A stretch of 64,000 nucleotides of DNA from an uncultured delta proteobacterium (GTDB taxonomy: Bacteria > Desulfobacterota > Syntrophia > Syntrophales > UBA5619), in assembly GCA_963817385.1 (NCBI GenBank), contig CAWFOM010000010.1, positions 352,001-416,000 of the forward strand. Direction: 5' to 3'. The position numbers and the translations under genes were made by a program. The notes below the pieces were generated by a model, which saw only the letters and a program-made list of their open reading frames with translations, was not told the DNA's origin and did no database searches. Numbering within the stretch: the stretch's first letter is position 1; every line of letters starts with the position of its first letter. Positions 60,956 to 64,000 of the stretch are shown here, one piece after another.

Positions 60956-61840
60956 TTAGGTTCCTGCCGCGAGTTTGGCCGCCTTTACGGTGTTCAACAT
61001 CAGCATCGTGATCGTCATCGGTCCCACGCCGCCGGGCACCGGCGTAATCATGGAGGCCTTCTCCTTCACCGCCTCGAAATCGACGTCGCCGCAGAGCCGG
61101 GCCTTGCCTTCCGGCGTCATCCCGATCCGGTTGACCCCCACATCGATCACCACCGCCCCCTCCTTGACCATGTCCGCCGTGATGGCATTGGGCTTCCCGG
61201 CGGCCACAATGAGGATGTCGGCCCGGCGGGTATGAAACGCGATGTCCTTCGTCCCCGTGTGGCAGATCGTCACCGTTGCATTCGCCCCCTTTTGTTTCTG
61301 AAGCAAAATGTTCGTGATCGGCTTCCCGACGATGTTCGACCTGCCGACGACGACGACCTCCGCCCCGTCGGTCTTTACCCCGGAACGGATCAGGAGCTGC
61401 TGGATCCCCGCCGGCGTGCAGGGGAGGTAATCCGCCTCGCCGATCATCATCTTCCCCACATTCACCGGATGGAAGCCGTCGACATCCTTCTTCGGATCGA
61501 TGGCGTACAGGACTTTTGTCTCGTTGATATGCTTGGGGAGGGGAAGCTGGACGAGAATCCCGTGGATTTTGGGGTCCCGGTTGTACTTGTCGATCAAGGC
61601 CAGAAGATCGGCCTCCGTGATTGTCTCCGACTGGTTCTCCTGGACGGAATAGAATCCGAGCTCCTTGGAGGCCTTCTGCTTGGCGGTCACATAACTCATC
61701 GACGCCGGATTCTGCCCGACCAGGATGGTCACCAGTCCGGGGGCCACATTGCATTTCTCCTTCAGCCGGGCCGTTTCCGCCTTCAACTCCTCCCGGATCT
61801 GCCGGGCAATCTCGCTACCGCTGATCAATTTTGCCGTCAT
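60956..61840 (-). CDS. folD: Bifunctional methylene-THF dehydrogenase/cyclohydrolase
   Basis: YVTAKQK, GILVQLPLP, KDVDGFHP, PCTPAG, GRSNIVGKP, TPVPGGVGPMT. Confidence 0.97.
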   Translation of the reverse strand: MTAKLISGSEIARQIREELKAETARLKEKCNVAPGLVTILVGQNPASMSYVTAKQKASKELGFYSVQENQSETITEADLLALIDKYNRDPKIHGILVQLPLPKHINETKVLYAIDPKKDVDGFHPVNVGKMMIGEADYLPCTPAGIQQLLIRSGVKTDGAEVVVVGRSNIVGKPITNILLQKQKGANATVTICHTGTKDIAFHTRRADILIVAAGKPNAITADMVKEGAVVIDVGVNRIGMTPEGKARLCGDVDFEAVKEKASMITPVPGGVGPMTITMLMLNTVKAAKLAAGT

Positions 61841-61854
61841 AATTTCCCTCCTCG

Positions 61855-63642
61855 TTAAAATAGTCCCTTCACCTTGCCGGTTTTCACATCGACATCGACC
61901 CTCCGGTAGGCAGGGTCGGAGCCTGTCCCCGGCATCAGGCTAATGGCTCCCGTCACCGGGCAGAGGAATTTCGCACCGGCAAAGACCAAGACATCGCGAA
62001 CCGGCAGGATCCAACCTTTGGGGACCCCCTTACGAGTTGGATCAGCCGTCAGGCTGAGGTGGGTCTTTACCATCATCGTATTGAAATCCTTCATTGCAGG
62101 ATCAGCCTCAAACCGTTTGGCTTTGGCTTCGGCCTCAGGGGTCCAGGAGACGCCGTCGGCTCCGTACACCTCTTTTGCGACGAGCTCAACCCTTTGTCTG
62201 AGCGGCAACTCCAGCGGGTAGAGGAATTTGAGTTTGACTTTTTCTTTGCAGGCGTCCATGACGACATCGGCAAGCTCAAGGGCGCCATCCCCGCCTTTGA
62301 GCCAGTGCTCGGAAAGAGCAACACGGGCACCCGCCTGCTCAGCATACTTTCGGACCATGGCGATCTCTTTCTTCGTGTCGGTGTGGAACGCATTAATACA
62401 GACCACCGGGTTGATTCCGGATTTCCTGATCACCCCGATGAGGTGGGTCATGTTGCAGAGCCCTTTCTCAAGAAGAGCCAGGTTTTCCTTTGTGTATTCT
62501 TCAGGCAACGGCCGTCCGGGAACCACCTTCGGTCCCCCTCCGTGCATCTTCGATGCCCTGATCGTTGTCGTCAGAATGGAGACATTGGGAGTAAGACCGC
62601 TCAACCGACTTTTTACGTTCCAGAACTTCTCAAAGCCAATGTCCGCGGCAAAGCCGCTCTCGGTGACATGGTAATCGAACATCTTCAATCCGACCCGATC
62701 GCCGATAATGGATGACTGTCCCACGGCGATGTTGGCAAAAGGACCGGCATGGACCAAACAGGGCTGATATTCGGTGGAGGACATCAGTGTGGGGTTGATG
62801 GTATTTCTCATCCATGCACACATGGCGCCTGCCACTTCGAGGTCAGAAGTCGTGACCGGCTTACCGTTCTTATCATAGGCGACGACAATGTTGCCCAGCC
62901 TTTCCCGAAGGTCTTTGAGGTCCCGGACAATGGAAAGAATGGCCATGAGTTCGGAGCTTACCGCAATGCCGAATTTGGATTGCATCGTAAAGCCATCCAT
63001 CTTGCCCCCAAGGCCGATAACAATGTTTCGTAGAGACTGGGCACAAAAATCCATAATCCAGCCCATTTCAACATTCGTTGGATCAATGTCGAGCCGTTTG
63101 AGATTCCGTTTAGCCAGCTCCGCATCGTCATAGTTCCGTTCGTGCTGCATCCGGGACGTTAACGCGACCATGGCCAGGTTATGGGCATTGACAATGTCGT
63201 TAATATCCCCGGTGAGACCAAGAGAGAATTCAGTCATGGGTATGAGAAGGGATTTGCCTCCTCCGGCAGCCGTTCCTTTCACATTCATGGTGGGACCGCC
63301 CGAAGGCTGACGGAGACAACCACCGACATTTTTCCCTCTTTTGCCGAGCCCCTCAATCAAACCCATACTCGTCGTCGACTTTCCTTCTCCGAGGGGGGTT
63401 GGGGTGATCGCCGTAACCTCAATATACTTCCCGTCCGGCCTATTCTTCAGACGCTCCATAATCTTGATGAAATCGAGTTTGCATAATTTCCCCATAGGGA
63501 TAATTTCATCCGGTTTAAGGCCGAGCTTATCCCGCCACTGGTCGACGGTGGGCATATTCTCTTCCGCTATATCCGCAATCTGCCAATCTGCTAGTTTTCT
63601 TGGATCCGCCTTAATATACTTCTTCGAGATACTGAAACTCAT
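61855..63642 (-). CDS. fhs: Formate-tetrahydrofolate ligase
   Basis: [55 protein letters not shown]. Confidence 0.97.
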   Translation of the reverse strand: MSFSISKKYIKADPRKLADWQIADIAEENMPTVDQWRDKLGLKPDEIIPMGKLCKLDFIKIMERLKNRPDGKYIEVTAITPTPLGEGKSTTSMGLIEGLGKRGKNVGGCLRQPSGGPTMNVKGTAAGGGKSLLIPMTEFSLGLTGDINDIVNAHNLAMVALTSRMQHERNYDDAELAKRNLKRLDIDPTNVEMGWIMDFCAQSLRNIVIGLGGKMDGFTMQSKFGIAVSSELMAILSIVRDLKDLRERLGNIVVAYDKNGKPVTTSDLEVAGAMCAWMRNTINPTLMSSTEYQPCLVHAGPFANIAVGQSSIIGDRVGLKMFDYHVTESGFAADIGFEKFWNVKSRLSGLTPNVSILTTTIRASKMHGGGPKVVPGRPLPEEYTKENLALLEKGLCNMTHLIGVIRKSGINPVVCINAFHTDTKKEIAMVRKYAEQAGARVALSEHWLKGGDGALELADVVMDACKEKVKLKFLYPLELPLRQRVELVAKEVYGADGVSWTPEAEAKAKRFEADPAMKDFNTMMVKTHLSLTADPTRKGVPKGWILPVRDVLVFAGAKFLCPVTGAISLMPGTGSDPAYRRVDVDVKTGKVKGLF

Positions 63643-63707
63643 GTGTATTACCCCCCTTTCAGTTCAAAATTGTTTAGAAAACTTTTCCTCAACACATAAC
63701 GGCGTTG

Positions 63708-63735
63708 ACTATCACTGCTGTCGGTTTTCTGTCAA
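63708..63735 (-). promoter_or_regulatory. Putative sigma70 promoter of fhs-folD
   Basis: Minus strand TTGACA-N16-GATAGT. Confidence 0.5.
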
Positions 63736-63786
63736 GAAATAACGAAAGCCATTCCGGCGGGGATCGCCGTCATATCATACGGCCCG

Positions 63787-64000
63787 TCATTGTGAACCGT
63801 CCAACGCCTTTTGCAGGAGCTGGACCGGATGCAGCACCGCGATCGCGGGATCGAGGTGGTTGGAAATCGTCAGGTTGCATCCCGGACAGCAGGTCGCAAG
63901 AACCTGCGCCCCGGTCTCCCGGATATTGTCCACTTTGCGTTTCGTAATTTTTCGTGACGTCTCGGCATGCTCCACCTGGAAGGACCCGCCTCCGCCGCAG
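63787..64000 (-). CDS. C-terminus of a CCG-domain Fe-S oxidoreductase (GlcF/HdrD-like); runs off the window edge
   Basis: CGGGGSF...K.DNIRETGAQVLATCCPGC...HPVQLL. Confidence 0.8.
   Translation of the reverse strand, partial: CGGGGSFQVEHAETSRKITKRKVDNIRETGAQVLATCCPGCNLTISNHLDPAIAVLHPVQLLQKALDGSQ

Overview
GC-rich bacterial window from an obligate anaerobe. Gene content suggests Desulfobacterota, possibly Syntrophales-like (inference). About 20 single-base indels split otherwise intact genes and look like long-read consensus errors. Left to right: (1) 1-6.9 kb, an uncharacterised operon of a TctA transporter, a CooF-like ferredoxin, a degenerate CO-dehydrogenase-fold protein that keeps only the B-cluster cysteines, an FAD/NAD oxidoreductase, an unknown Fe-S protein pair and a DUF1932-type dehydrogenase. 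(2) 7-28 kb, housekeeping and envelope genes (mtgA, LysM-NlpC/P60, OmpA/MotB, rlmN, bamD, trxA, MTAP, phenylacetate-CoA ligase family, yhhQ-queF, mobA), an orphan sigma54-driven cheW with a 21-codon chemoreceptor relic and a three-site enhancer array, and a small lower-GC islet. (3) 28-37 kb, an ASKHA/RACo-type corrinoid activator and a six-gene Ehr (hydrogenase-4-like) complex lacking the NiFe ligands and three of four small-subunit Fe-S cysteines. (4) 39-64 kb, a Wood-Ljungdahl methyl-branch super-cluster: two divergent Hdr-MvhD-MetVF operons, two-component genes, folD and fhs. One operon has a UGA/SECIS selenocysteine MvhD that the ORF track truncates. A near-identical 1.42 kb hdrCB cassette is duplicated as an inverted repeat around 6.4 kb. 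No rRNA, tRNA, CRISPR array or transposase was recognised.
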